A model generated the notes under the pieces. The model did not search any database, was not told the DNA's origin, and saw nothing but the letters and a program-made list of their open reading frames with translations. From the NCBI GenBank assembly GCA_030295235.1, contig AP026162.1:2108001-2172000 (forward strand): a stretch of 64,000 nt of DNA, in the 5' to 3' direction. Made by a program: the position numbers and the translations under genes. Shown here in pieces: positions 1 to 12,411 of this stretch. Position 1 is the stretch's first letter; each line of letters begins with the position of its first letter. The stretch comes from Fistulifera solaris (Eukaryota).

Positions 1-387
1 CAACAGGACCCGCGCACACGATTTGCAGACACACTGCAACAAATGCAGCGTATGCCGGAAGAAACCAATATGAAAGACCGGCAAGGCCAACTTGATGTAC
101 CCAAAATGTCCCGCACAATCGACCAATTTCTTTTTGCACGTCGCACAGGACGACAATTTGTCCGAAACACCCAACCGGGGATCGAGACATCCCCCGGGGG
201 CCGGGGTCCGACTCGGCATACGAAATAGGTCGCGACTGGAGACTTGAAATTCCGCGAGTCGTTGCATTTCGCTCGGTGACAATATACCGAATTGCAAGTG
301 CGAGATGCGTTTGGGCATGATATCACCTTTGACGAGTCCTTTGCTGCCTTCCGGGTCGTCGTGTTCTTTGACTTTCAATTGCATCAT
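1..387 (-). CDS. POLR3A: RNA polymerase III largest subunit, N-terminal part (runs off the window edge)
   Basis: Not in the ORF track. Manual translation from ATG 387 gives MMQLKVKEHDDPEGSKGLVKGDIMPKRISHLQFGILSPSEM...GGCLDPRLGVSDKLSSCATCKKKLVDCAGHFGYIKLALPVFHIGFFRHTLHLLQCVCKSCARVLL, the Zn-clamp motifs of RNAP largest subunits, RPC1-like. Confidence 0.85.
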   Translation of the reverse strand, partial: MMQLKVKEHDDPEGSKGLVKGDIMPKRISHLQFGILSPSEMQRLAEFQVSSRDLFRMPSRTPAPGGCLDPRLGVSDKLSSCATCKKKLVDCAGHFGYIKLALPVFHIGFFRHTLHLLQCVCKSCARVLL

Positions 388-798
388 CGTGTTAGGTGTT
401 GCTTTAATAGTAGTGTCTTTTAGCAATGACTTCAATGGGCTTTACTCGGAAATAAATACAGAAGAGCACTTTTTCTTATGATGCACCTCTTTATCTTTTG
501 TAACTTAGCGGCCGGAAGGATATTTTTTTGTGTGGTGATTGGTGAGATGCGGTTTCGGCCGGGGCAAAACGTGATACGACACTCTTTAAGTATACCCAAA
601 GGAGTATCCGGTACGCATTATACAGGTGAAATTGTTCATGTGGTACCCATCCGTATAGAACAAAATGTCTTGCTCGTTGCACCTCGTTGCGTCGCGTTGA
701 TTGCGATCATATAAAACGCGTCCTCGTCGTAATAACATTACCATAATAACCTTTCACTATCATCCCATTCCCCCCATTCATTCATTTATTATTACACA

Positions 799-1362
799 AT
801 GTCATCTTGGGAACGCTCTCGCTACATTCCGTGGGATCGAATCCCCAAAGGCAACAATATTGACGTGGATTCGGCCAAAGAACGCGTCTTTCGTGAGTTA
901 CAACGCGACAACATTGAAGAAGAATTACTGACACAAGACACGTCCGCATCCATCAGTTCGCCCAAAATTACGTACTCGAATATGCAATTACTCCGCCAAG
1001 TCGCGTTTGGATTGTCGATTGGTGGTATTACAGGCGTCGTATTTGGTTTCATGGACAGTATGCGACAAGTGGGAGAATCGTCGGTCTTGTCAAATGCCTC
1101 CAATTCCGCGAAAGCCAAGTACTTGTTTCAAGGGACAACCCGGTCCTCGTTATTGTTTGGTGGATTCTTTGGAGGATTTCAGGCACTCAAATACGGTATT
1201 CGAGTGGCGGCGAATCCGGGAGAAGTGTCTGAAATTGTGGGGGCGGGGGCGGTTTCCATGGGGGCCCTCTTTTCCCAGCCGGCGTATCGAGCGTCGGTGC
1301 CGTATTGTGGGATGCTGATCCTGATGGATGCGGTGCAATTATTTATGCGAAAAACGTCGTAA
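799..1362 (+). CDS. Small Gly-rich membrane protein, Tim17/Tim22 or Mgr2/Romo1-like
   Basis: 187-aa ORF with GxxxG-rich helices (GLSIGGITGVVFG; LFGGFFGGFQALKYGIR). Confidence 0.55.
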   Translation: MSSWERSRYIPWDRIPKGNNIDVDSAKERVFRELQRDNIEEELLTQDTSASISSPKITYSNMQLLRQVAFGLSIGGITGVVFGFMDSMRQVGESSVLSNASNSAKAKYLFQGTTRSSLLFGGFFGGFQALKYGIRVAANPGEVSEIVGAGAVSMGALFSQPAYRASVPYCGMLILMDAVQLFMRKTS

Positions 1363-1397
1363 TAGAAGCAAAGTCTATGTTTAGAAGCCTGCAAATT

Positions 1398-2594
1398 TTA
1401 AGCATGATCCTGATTCTCATCGTCACCATCATCTTCGCTAGCCGAATGCATGTCATGATCCTCGTCTTCTTCTTCTTCATCATCATCACTTTCGTTCGTT
1501 GTGTCATCACTCATATCGTCCTCCTGAAGCATTTGTTGTACTTCTATTTCGGCTCGTAAGGGCTGCATATTCAAGCGCACCACACGTCGTCGAGGATCGG
1601 CCGGCAAAAATTCCATCCCCACTCCGACTAATAAATCGCGAAAATCGTCCAGAAAACCAGCACCATCTTCCGCCGCGGACGGTGGTGCCGGTGGAACACG
1701 GGTTTCCTGTGTCGATGCTTGTTCTTCGGCTTCGCATTGAATAATCTCTTCGACAGCCGCTAACGAATCTTCCGTCACTTCAATGCGATACATTTGAAAA
1801 AAAGCTACCAAAGGATTGTTCTCCAATCCACTGACAACCAGACTATCTTCTACCTCTTCCTGCTGGCGAGACTTTCGTTTCTGTCGCTTAGCACGCCACG
1901 CCAATTCCAAACGGATCGTCATGGACACGCGCAACAACAATTGCGGATAAAATGAGGAATGCGTCCGGGGCAATTCGGCTTCTGGATGTGCCGCAATCGC
2001 CCCCACCTCTTTGAGAATGGTATAATTCCGCGAAAAATTTCCCGCTTCATCATCAAACAGAACCGTGTGGATGCGTCCGTCCGATAACAGCAATTGGTGT
2101 CCTCCACCGCCGCCGACCTTATACCACAGTTGGTAGGTTTCACCCTCCATCGAACATGTCGAAAAGGTCAATTTGCAGGTTTCTTCTTGATGCGGCGCCA
2201 AGGAGGATGTACAAACGACACGTCCTCCGTGAAACGGCCGAGAAGGATCGGGAGGGACCTGCCGCGAACGACCCACAATAAAAATTTGACCCTTGTGGTG
2301 ACCCCAACCTTGATCGCGCCAACGAAACGTCACCGTCATACTGTGCACTCTTCGACTCAAACAAGGAATACGGACCCACGGCAGTATGTCATCTCCATTG
2401 GTAGCGGTCGGAACAAACCGTTGTCGCGTAAAGAGTTGCCGCGAATCGCGCAACAACCGCAGCGAAAGACTGGCGTGCAAATTCCGACAGGTTTCCGCCA
2501 AACGCAACGCGTCGTACGGACACAAGTACGACGCGGTCCGTCGTTTCAGTTCGGCCGGTAAAAGGAGAATGGGAAAGTATGAAAAATCATTCAT
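1398..2594 (-). CDS. F-box-like protein with acidic C-terminal tail
   Basis: 398-aa ORF. N-terminal ILLLPAELKRRTASYLCPYDALRLAETCRNL resembles an F-box; WRDQGWG motif; Asp/Glu-rich tail. Confidence 0.55.
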   Translation of the reverse strand: MNDFSYFPILLLPAELKRRTASYLCPYDALRLAETCRNLHASLSLRLLRDSRQLFTRQRFVPTATNGDDILPWVRIPCLSRRVHSMTVTFRWRDQGWGHHKGQIFIVGRSRQVPPDPSRPFHGGRVVCTSSLAPHQEETCKLTFSTCSMEGETYQLWYKVGGGGGHQLLLSDGRIHTVLFDDEAGNFSRNYTILKEVGAIAAHPEAELPRTHSSFYPQLLLRVSMTIRLELAWRAKRQKRKSRQQEEVEDSLVVSGLENNPLVAFFQMYRIEVTEDSLAAVEEIIQCEAEEQASTQETRVPPAPPSAAEDGAGFLDDFRDLLVGVGMEFLPADPRRRVVRLNMQPLRAEIEVQQMLQEDDMSDDTTNESDDDEEEEDEDHDMHSASEDDGDDENQDHA

Positions 2595-2824
2595 GTTGAC
2601 TACAAGAAGTGCATGAAAATGGGAACAACAGCGTATTGTCTGTCGTGTTGTGGGGGCGGTATGCTTTTCGAAAAAATATCAATAAGGTTACAAATTTCGC
2701 ACTCGGCGCTGCAAGGTGCGACTCGCAGAAATTCCGTCTGCTCTAGGTAGATTCAAAAGTAATGACTATACTCCAAAGTGTATGATAACTTATCCACGAC
2801 TGAAATTCAGTCATGATTCAAATT

Positions 2825-3230
2825 TCTTTCAAGCGACAATATTGCCTACAACTCGCTCGTTCAGCATATCTGCTTCAGATTTATTGGTTGTTGTTGCAAT
2901 AAAATTGTCCTTAGCAGGGTTTGCATTGCATTCCTTGATGTTTGTACGTCGAAAAGCCTGGCGAAACGTTGCCTGCGTATTTTACTATCGACCAAAAAGT
3001 GTTGTCCGTATTTCGCCACTTAATTTCGTTTGAGCGACGGTGTTACCTATGATTCGCTCGTTCTCCACATTTACTTGAGCACCATCTATTGTTGTCGCAA
3101 CCAAATAGTCTAGTCGTTTAGCAACATTTGAATTTTAAATGCCATTGTATTTTACGTCGTGCAAAACGTTCTCTGCCGGTTTTTACTATAGACCCAAAGT
3201 GATGGTTCAAGCGATTGCATTATTTCAACG
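2825..3230. repeat. Degenerate ~200-bp tandem repeat, about 2 units (family A)
   Basis: Repeated blocks: (a/g)AGCGA at ~2830/3032/3208, TCGCTCGTTC, TTGTTG(t/c)GCAA, TACGTCG, AAACGTT, TTTTACTAT(c/a)GACC(a/c)AAAGT. Confidence 0.55.
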
Positions 3231-3839
3231 ACAACCATCCATAAACCGCACCCCAAGTACATCCATTCAATCCTTGTCGTTTCTTAAATTATCACCGAAA
3301 TAAAGCCTCGATTAAATAATGGTGAACTGCGTATGATGCCATTTTGGGAAAACAAATGATTATCGGAACATGCGAATCAAGAACTCATATTGGTGACTGA
3401 CATTCAGTCGTGGTAATATTGAGAGAACAGCGATCTTCATCGATTTCGCAAGGATTTCGATGCTCATATTCAATGCTTGCTTTGTATAGATTGCTTGTCC
3501 GCTTCGGAAGACTCTTCTGTTGATGCAGAGTGAGCCGAAAGGACGAAAATGAATGGGCTTTTTTCGCTTGATTGTCCAGTGTTGTGATTCACGATTGAAC
3601 TCCAGTCGTGCGTTTTGTCGCCTACACTTTGATATTATAGAGAAGTGGAACGGGCGGCGGTCAGTACGCTCGGACGACAATAAAAAACGGAAAACGCGCA
3701 TCATCACCGCATCACCTGCTCTTTTCATTGCGTTGCAAAGCTAATAGAGATATCGCTTTTCCTTTCTCGATTGACTTTTCATTGCTAAGACTGCAGCACC
3801 AAGAGCTGTGATAGTCCTGGTCCGCGCTTGCGTAAGATT

Positions 3840-4256
3840 ATGAAGTTGTCTATTTCGTCGGTGTTCTTGCTCGTTATCTCCTTTCGCCAAAAAGGATCGT
3901 GTGGTTTCATGTCGCACGCCACCTCCCCTCCCGCTCCCCTATCAGCCGCCACAAACAAAGAAGAAGAATCTCCGGAGATTCCTCTTCTACCGGCAGCTGA
4001 TCCGAATTCCAATATTCCCCGCATCAATTTGGGCGAGACGATACGATTTGAAGAGATGGGACCGATTATTCTCAATTTGGATGGTTCGACGCGTCGTATC
4101 GCCAATTGGGATCAAATGACAGAACACGAGCGACAAGTTACCTGGCGTCGTATTAGTAAGCGCAATGAGGAACGAAGACAGCTTCTATTGCAGCAGCGGC
4201 AAGAACAGCAACAGCAACAAGAATCAGATGCAGCGGAAGCTGAGAAGGAGCTTTAG
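3840..4256 (+). CDS. Conserved hypothetical protein, possibly plastid-targeted
   Basis: Signal peptide followed by SCG-F. Conserved-looking core MGPIILNLDGSTRRIANWDQMTEHERQVTWRRISKRNEERR; poly-Q tail. Confidence 0.65.
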   Translation: MKLSISSVFLLVISFRQKGSCGFMSHATSPPAPLSAATNKEEESPEIPLLPAADPNSNIPRINLGETIRFEEMGPIILNLDGSTRRIANWDQMTEHERQVTWRRISKRNEERRQLLLQQRQEQQQQQESDAAEAEKEL

Positions 4257-4322
4257 GCATAAGCTCGCGTTGGCCGCCTTTTGTAGAAAAGAAATTAGTA
4301 GTAGATTAGATAACCACCAATA

Positions 4323-6444
4323 TTAGTTAGAAACGACTCTCATTGCTATTACGTGTGCACCTCCAGCGGCCACCCTCAGACGTGATGTGTCTTCGGGAGT
4401 ACCGGGAGTGAGAGGGACCGATGCACCTATCGCTCGAGTGAGCTGATGCGCATCTTCCGTAGACCCATCGGCCAAGTTCCCGTGTTCGTTCCAACCACAA
4501 CTCCAGATGCGATCTTCCGCATCGACCAGTATTGTAGACTCCGAACCGCAATCCAGTGATACAACGGAATGATCCTTGAAGAGTAACCTGGGTCGTGTGA
4601 CACAACTTGTATCCGCCAGACCCAGTTGGCCTTTGTCGTTGCGTCCCCACCCCCAAACTATTGTTTGATTGTCGGCATTTTGCGCTAGCACAACGGTATG
4701 AGACCACCCGCAATGTATCGCTTGCACCGTCCACGTGCTATCAACGTCCACCAGTCTCGGTGTTGGGTCTGACCTGTCAACTGATTGTCGACCCAATTGA
4801 CCGTATTGGTTGTCGCCAAACGTCCAAACTCGGCCTTTCGCATCCAAAACTACTGTATGTCGCCTTCCGCATGCTACTTGAATGACTTTCGAGTCGCTGG
4901 GCGTCCAGGAACTCCCTCTAAACATTGACCAAATTTGCGGCATCCAAAGGTAATGAGTTGGCCGTCTTTGGTGACACATGCGGAGTGAAAGAGTCCAGCG
5001 GCTACCTCCTTGAATATAACATCTTTGTAGAGTGCAACTTCCGTTGGCTCAAATATGGAAATAGCTTTCCTTTCGATCTGTCCGTTCACTTGTCCTCGGC
5101 TGTTGTCGCCAAAACCAAACAATTTTCCCGTTCCCCGTTCCAGGACCAGCGTATGAGAAAAGCCCAGTGCCACTTGGTCGACCACTATTTGTGCAAGCGG
5201 CCGAATCGGGTGGATCGGTAACGACGAGTCTGACACGACATTGTCGCCTCTCCCCAGTTGTCCATGTTCGTTCCATCCCCACAGATACAATTGACCTTCT
5301 TGGGTCAAAAGCGCACTGTGACCACCTCCCGCGTAAATTCCCGTGGCTACATCGGACCGTCGGGAGACGCACAACACGGATTCGGTCATGACATGTGCGT
5401 CTTCTCCTTGGTGCAGATTACCGACCGCATCCTTTAGAAGCAATTGATTATGCTGATTGGAACCCGCTGCCACAAAGAAGAACAACGTGGCATCGCGTTG
5501 AAACGATTTGGTCATGGATGAGAGAATGTAAGTATCATCAAAGAGTTGTTCCATTTGAGACGCAGTTGTCGATGATTCTAAAAAGTCATCCAATTGATGT
5601 AAATATTCATGATTGGCGCCACTGGGACCGACGGCGACCGACATGATGGCTGGGAATGGGTGAGGTGTTTACAGCGCTAGCCACTTCGAACAATCCATAT
5701 TCTACGTACCTGCAGCAAACGGTAAATAACGCAACACTCGAGGCCATATGGCGGGATTGTCCAAAGTCCCTCGATACAACAAGGCTTGCAATACTTGACC
5801 CGTTTGATCGTCAATGACATCAATTACATCCCTGGCGTAGCCCTTCCGAAACGAGTGAGTACAAGTTGAGCTCCTTAATTAAGTGAGTTTGCTTACATGA
5901 CTTACACCCTTTTCTCGAAAATCCAATTCTGCCAGACATTCGTCCACGAGTTCCGACGGCACTTCGTACACCAATCCTTCGGTGAACGTCGGCGAGTCGT
6001 AATCCAGCGATCGCAGTTGCCGCACTTCGTCATCTTTCAACAAGGTACACACAATTCCGGGAAACGACGGGACTCCTCGATGATCGGTACTTTTTGCGCC
6101 CAACATCGACGGTATCCTCTTGCCTTCGCGGGGCGATGGTGGACCGACGGATGCGCCAGAACACCCGATCCTGGATTCCAACACAAGGATCCGTATCCAA
6201 AGAGACGCAAACAACCGTGATTCTGTTCGATTAGCTCTTGAACGGCGGCATGTTCTGGTACAATTCCACCAACATATATTTGTGCGACTGGATCCCAGAT
6301 CGGCGTGCCTTCTTCTATGTTGAGTTGCATTGGACGAGAGGTCGTCGTCGACAGCGGAGGATGATTCGTCCAGGCAATTACCAGCGCGGGGAATGTAGCG
6401 ACAATTAACACGAAGCGGTAAAACAGATATTTCGATCCAAGCAT
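4323..6444 (-). CDS. ChaC-like glutathione-specific gamma-glutamylcyclotransferase fused to an RCC1/BLIP-II repeat propeller
   Basis: ChaC motifs LFGYGSLCW, STDHRG, LDFREKGGY, AVGPSGANHEYL are joined by GT-AG introns 5843-5905 and 5650-5709. RCC1 repeats follow in frame (WGWNEHGQLG, FGDNSRGQV, FGDNQYGQLG, WGRNDKGQLG). Apparent 1-nt homopolymer losses near 6092 and 4915. Confidence 0.8.
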
Positions 6445-7152
6445 AAGGAGAAATGCGTGTATTTTCTTGTTATCGGACTCCTTCTTTGAAGAATGGCCGT
6501 CATCATGATCGAAAATAAAGGGGAGCAAAAATGGGCCGATATGCCCTTGCATTTTTGGCCGAAAAGCACGTTTTAGAAACAATACATCTATAAAGTACCG
6601 GAAAAGTATATGTAAGCATAAGCAGTAGTGCGAATCTCGGAGCGGTACTTCAGTACCGGCTTTCGTCGCAGCGTGGTTGCGAAATGTCACTGACAGACTG
6701 CACCCACTTTGAGACTCGTGACTTGCAGATTACAAAGTTGCACACTCACATAGACTGTAGCTCAACTTTCGCGGGACACACTATTTTTTGATAAAACGAT
6801 TGCACGAAAAAAACGAGAAACACAAACTCATCAACAAAACAAGCATTTTATTTGGGAGCACTCAACATCTCGAGTGAGTACACAGCAGCAAAGTTCATTG
6901 AAAAGAAGTAACAGAGTGTGTTACCCTAGGTACACTAGAGTGCTACTGGTACGTGCGCTGAAAGGCTCTAGAGAGACCGTTTTTGATACCGCTACGATCT
7001 CAGTATTGCTTCAACAGTTACACATTTGTAAGTACAATCCGTAAAAAACTTGCCTCCAAACCTGCATTTGCATTTTCTAAAAATGACGGTGACGAACAAA
7101 ACATTCTCTTATCATGATGTTATAACAAGAATCATCAACCATTACTGAAATT

Positions 7153-9197
7153 ATGATGAATCCCTACAAACGAAAAAGACTGAAAGAAGAGTCCCCGGCG
7201 ATGGAGGAAACAACAACGGCAGACGCCTCCGCACTCGTCATCGCGGCGGCCGACAAGGCCGGCATGGATGGCATCGATCGCCGTCGCATTGATGCCATCA
7301 TTTTACGCGAATCCGGCAATTCACTCTATATTCAACAACAAAAGAGAAGAGACGAGAAAGTCAATGAACGAATCGTTGCGATGAAGAAGAAATTACAGAA
7401 TCAAATGACGCTTCATCCGCCTCACGAAAGTCTCCCTTCCATCGACCGCATGTTGATCGAATGCATTCAAAAACGACCCAACAGATCCACGTGTGTGGTT
7501 GTGGACATGGATATGTTTTACATGGCTTGCGAATTGTTGACGCGACCCGAGTTGCACGACAAACCCGCCTGTGTCGGTGGTGGCATGATTCTGACGAGCA
7601 ACTATCCCGCACGAAAATACGGTGTCCGCAGTGCCATGGCGGGTTGGATTGGGGATGCTCTTGTCCGCGAATTGTCCAATGGCACGGAAGAATTGATTCA
7701 TGTTCCGTCGGATCATCCAAAATACGCGCAACAATCACAAGTAGTACGGTCCGTCTTGGCCGAATACGATCCGCAGTTGCGTGCGTACAGTTTGGATGAA
7801 GCCTTTCTGAATTTGGGACCGTACTTGGCGTGTCATCTTCTGCATCCCGAATGGCCTCATGAACAGATCAGTAAGACGTTGATGGAAGATGAAGAGGATG
7901 GAGATGTGAAAGCTTCGTCCGAAGGCGAATACGATGACAACAGCCCAGACGACGTTTCTATACAAAACGAGAGCGAAGACAAATTGTCTTATCTAGAGAC
8001 ACTAGGTCAGTTTTCCAATCATACTTGCTTGGAAGCAGCGGGAACGATTTTGACAGATATGCGACAGAAGGTGTTTGAACGCACGGGTGGTTTGACGTGT
8101 TCCGCTGGTTTGGCACCGAATTTCATGTTGGCCAAGATTGCCAGTGATCAAAACAAACCCAATGGACAATGTCTCGTAGCCAGTGATCAAGGTTCGGTAC
8201 GCGAATTTCTTCACCCAATGGCCACGCGCAAAGTATCCGGCATTGGTCGCGTGACGGAGAAAATACTGAAAGCGTTTGACATCCACACCGTCGAACAAAT
8301 GTACGAGCAGCGTGCGTTGATCCAACACATCTTCACCCCCGTGCAAGCCAATTTTTTGTTGCGAGCATCGGTGGGATGCTCCAGTTCTGATAGCTTTCTG
8401 GAAGAGGAACAAGAGGAAAGCAAAGGAGTTGGTCAAAAGGAATTAGTCGCGAACGAACCTTCCGTCCCGGCGATTCGTGGAACGAAATCAACGCTCGACT
8501 TGAAGATATAGGACGCCTGTTATCGAATGACATGCAACGGAAAAACTTTTGGGCACACACCATTACTGTCAAAGTCAAATTGCACACATTCGACGTCTTG
8601 TCACGGGCACGGACGTTGCCGCGTGGTGTGTTTGTGCAGTTACCCGAAGATCTGGTCCGGCACGCGACGGAACTGTTGGCGGAGGTGAGACACGAATTCA
8701 TGTCTAGTCCGGAGCACCGTTCCAAGCCCTTTTCCGTTCGCTTGTTGGGCATTCGCTGCAACAACTTTCGTCACGAGCAGGAAACGGAAAGCGTCGGGTG
8801 TGATCAGTTGAATCTCGATCAATTTCTTCTCCCCCGATCGACGTCGCCGGTTCTCCGTGCCGCCGCAGCCCAGGAAGGGATCAACGCTTGTAGTGAATCA
8901 AAAATGGAAGAAATGTTACACGACGACCTAACAGTCAAAGCGGAGGAAACGAATGACCATGACGACGCAACTCAAAATGTCGTACCGCAGGACGATTTGA
9001 CAACCACCAAGGACTGTGAACCAGTCACCGCTATCTGTCCCGTTTGCGGACTATCTCTTCCATCCAATGACAATCTAGTGGTCAATCAGCACATTGATAC
9101 TTGTCTCAGTGGACGCGCGGTCCGAGAAGCCATCCGAGAGACGCGCCATCCGAAAAAATCCCAACTCGACTACTATTTTGCCAATCGTACAGAATAA
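7153..9197 (+). CDS. POLK: Y-family DNA polymerase kappa (DinB-like) with C-terminal UBZ zinc finger
   Basis: N-clasp DKAGMDG; VVVDMDMFY; NYPARKYGVRSAM; SLDEAFL; TCSAGLAPNFMLAKIASDQNKPNGQ; little finger (ITVKVKL, VRLLGIR); CPVC...HIDTC. Frameshift near 8437. Confidence 0.92.
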
Positions 9198-9216
9198 TTG
9201 AATGCTCCTTATTTTA

Positions 9217-10293
9217 TCATTTTTTACTGTCGGCTGGTTTCGTATCCTCCTTCTTTTCGTCTTTGATTGGCTCCGCGTCTTCTTTCTTTTCCTCTTGTAA
9301 GGCCGTCCCGTCTTCACCATAACGAATCTTATTGTTGACGAGATCGTGCAACGCAATGACACTGCGAATCAACGCCGCCAAATAAAGGGCCATTTCCAAA
9401 TCATTCGTTTTGACAATCAAGGATTGCACCAAATCGGGTGTATTCAAATTGGGCAATAGATTCAATATCGTTTGTAAATTGGCAATAATGTCGTGATTCG
9501 GTGGAATGGTACCGTGCGCCACGGCTTGTAAGTAGTCTTTGCATTCGACCAACTTTTCCGTGAGGGTGGCCATTCCGGCGACTTTGGCTTTGATTAAGGA
9601 GGCGACGGTACTGATGGTCGGATCGTTGATGTCGCGCAACAAATGTTCGACCCCGACTTCTTCCGCTTCCAAGGCCCCCATTTGGACGGGCACGTGCGCA
9701 AAGGATCGATGAACTTGTTGTTTGCCCGACAATTCTTCGACAACACGATACGAGGTAATGGGCAAATCTTGTCGATCGGGACGAATATCAATGATACAAA
9801 AGATGGCGGGCGTCAAACTGCCCGGGGGCAAGAACCGTTCGACAATGTCGTGAATGCGCAAATCGTTGGGTCGAATTTGGGGTCCCGTCGAATAAAAGCC
9901 CACGACGCGTTCTTTGGCGTTGACTTTGCGGTACATGTGTAACATGCTTTCGAGAAAATTGTGATCCAAGTAAAAGACGGCCTAGTAGATAGTTGGAAGA
10001 TGAAGAACATGAGAACGTCCTGTTGAATAATAGACATACACTCCATTTCATAGACGTACCGGATTCTTGGAATCTTCTTCGAACGGCACGGCAAAGGAAT
10101 TGGTCACATCGACGGATCCTTTCGTGACTTGTCCCAACAAGACACCGACCACGCGTTTGCGAGTCCCTCTCGCCACACGATGATAATGATCGGCGGCCGA
10201 CAGGAGCACGAGCGGATGCAGGATGACTTGTTCGACATCGGACGTCAATTTGACGGGCGTCACAATATCATCGTCTTCTGCTTCGGTTGTCAT
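9217..10293 (-). CDS. PSMD7: 26S proteasome lid subunit RPN8 (MPN domain)
   Basis: [67 protein letters not shown]. Intron 9982-10059. Confidence 0.95.
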
Positions 10294-10692
10294 TGTGTTT
10301 GTGAAGGTTTATATTGTATTACAAATAATTGATTTAGATTAGAAGAGGAGTGCTGATGTTGTTGTGCTGCAAGTAAAAGAATGAATATCATTATCGTCAT
10401 GGCCGCGTTTGTTGTTTCGTTGTCGATCGTCTCGCTTCTCCATCGATTGGGGTATCCGTTTAAAAGTACACGCGACACCCAATTCAAAAGTAGCGTGACG
10501 ATGTCGTGTCCTTATGTATTCTTTCCAAAAATGTTGCACCGGTACCCGTTACACTTGCGTCGATCGCTCGAAAGCGGAGGGACATTATTTTTTCGACGCG
10601 AGCAAAAACCGTGTCACCGCACTGCAATCATTTTGTTGACCAGTACCATTGCCTGTTTTGCCCAAAAGAAAACCAAACTAGAACAAGTAAAG

Positions 10693-12362
10693 ATGGACGA
10701 CGACAATGAAAAATCAAAACGATCCAAATTCGTGAGCCAAAAGCGTCGGAAAGCTTCATCGACGAGCATTGTTCCGACGGCGATCGTTTGTTCCGTGACC
10801 GATCATCCCGGGGCCATTGAACTCGGAGTCATTCTTTGTATTTTAATCATTGCGCTGTATCTCTTTGGCTTTTATGAAGCCGTCATTTCCCTTCCGCAAA
10901 TTCGTGGAGATCCGTTTCATTTGCATCATCAAGCGTCACTCCGTGGTTTAAGTCAAGCACAAAACGTTCCACACTACGAAGAAGATGTAGGTGCGGCTCC
11001 AAAGAAGAAGAAGGCAGTGACAATTCCACCGGGCCAATGGCCCGTCAGTATTCGGGATGAAGAATTCGAGACGATTCTACATCCCGGTGATTTGACAACA
11101 CAAATGAAAGTGCCGAAACTGTGGAGTTATCCCATACACAACAACGAACTCATGACCCGCGATACGGCACTCCAAATTGGATCGTGCGTTGAACCCGATG
11201 AACACGGTCAGTACAACCGCGGCGAATCCTGTCCTTTGGAGAAACGTACCATCTTTGTCGGCATTGCATCGTATCGTGATTTTGAATGCCGTTCGACGGC
11301 GGAATCCATTTTTTGAGGGCGAAACATCCCGAACGCATTCGCATTGCGGTCGTGGATCAAATTGTCGATGGCGAAGATGCCTTGTGCAATGCACCATTAT
11401 TGCCGTGTGACACGCATCCGGAACAAGGATTGTGCAAATACAAAGACCAAATTGATGTGTACCAAATGGATGCGGCTTTGTCGATTGGACCCGTCTTTGC
11501 CCGGCACATTGGCTATCGCATGTACCGGGGCGAATATTATGCGACACAGTCGGATGCGCACGTGACCTACACACAAGACTGGGATGCCGATATTATACAA
11601 CAATTGGAAGTCACCAAAAATGAAATGGCGGTTTTGTCGACCTATCTCACGGACGTCCAAGGTTCCATTGATGAACAGGGTCATTCCTTGCGACATACCC
11701 GGCCCATTATGTGCAATACCTATTACGAAGGAGGGATCCAAGGAATGCATCTGCGACACGGGTCACAGCCGGAGCGCACGCCGTCGATCCAAGGATCCCC
11801 GCAATTGCAGCCATGGTGGGCGGCCGGTTACTCGTTTTCGCGGGGACACTTTGTGGTCAATGTTCCGTACGATTACAATCAGCCCATGATCTTTCAGGGG
11901 GAAGAAATGTCCATTGGTATTCGTGGCTTTACGATCGGTTACGATTATTACGCACCCGAGCGGAGTGTGTGCTTTCACCACTACGCGGTCGGCAAGAATG
12001 CCGAAGTCCGCAAGAAAGTGCACCATTTTTGGGAGAATACCAAGTTCAGTGGCACGGGCAAGAAGGCAATGGCGCGATTGTTGGGCATTGTGCACATGAA
12101 TCCCGAGGTGGATCCGCAGACATGGGATCATGCGGACGAAGACATTTACGGCATTGGAGGTGTCCGCACACCGGAAAAATTTTACGAAACCTTTGGAATC
12201 AATGTCAAGGAAAAGAAAGTGGAAGGGCATTTGTGCAGCTTTGTGGATACGGGCGGGAAGATGCATTACGAATTTTCACCATTCTTACGAAGTGATGGTA
12301 TGGGCGTCGACTACTCGAAGATCAATTACAAGTTCAAAGATCCCCGACCGAACGAAAAGTAA
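10693..12362 (+). CDS. Polypeptide alpha-GlcNAc transferase (GT60 / GlcNAc family), type II membrane protein
   Basis: TM helix, then TIFVGIASYRD, GPVFARH, QSDAH, WWAAGYSFS, IFQGEE. Frameshift in T-run near 11310. Confidence 0.85.
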
Positions 12363-12411
12363 AACTTCAAAAGGAGTTCAAATACCGCTTGATAACTTTT
12401 ACTAAGAGTAG

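Noticed and set aside
8430..8445. Programmed ribosomal frameshift in POLK and other genes
   Set aside because: There is no shared slippery motif, both insertions and deletions occur, and all four bases are involved; sequencing error is simpler.
10381..10692. N-terminal extension of the GT60 ORF
   Set aside because: It overlaps the divergent promoter region shared with RPN8 and looks non-coding; ATG 10693 is more plausible.
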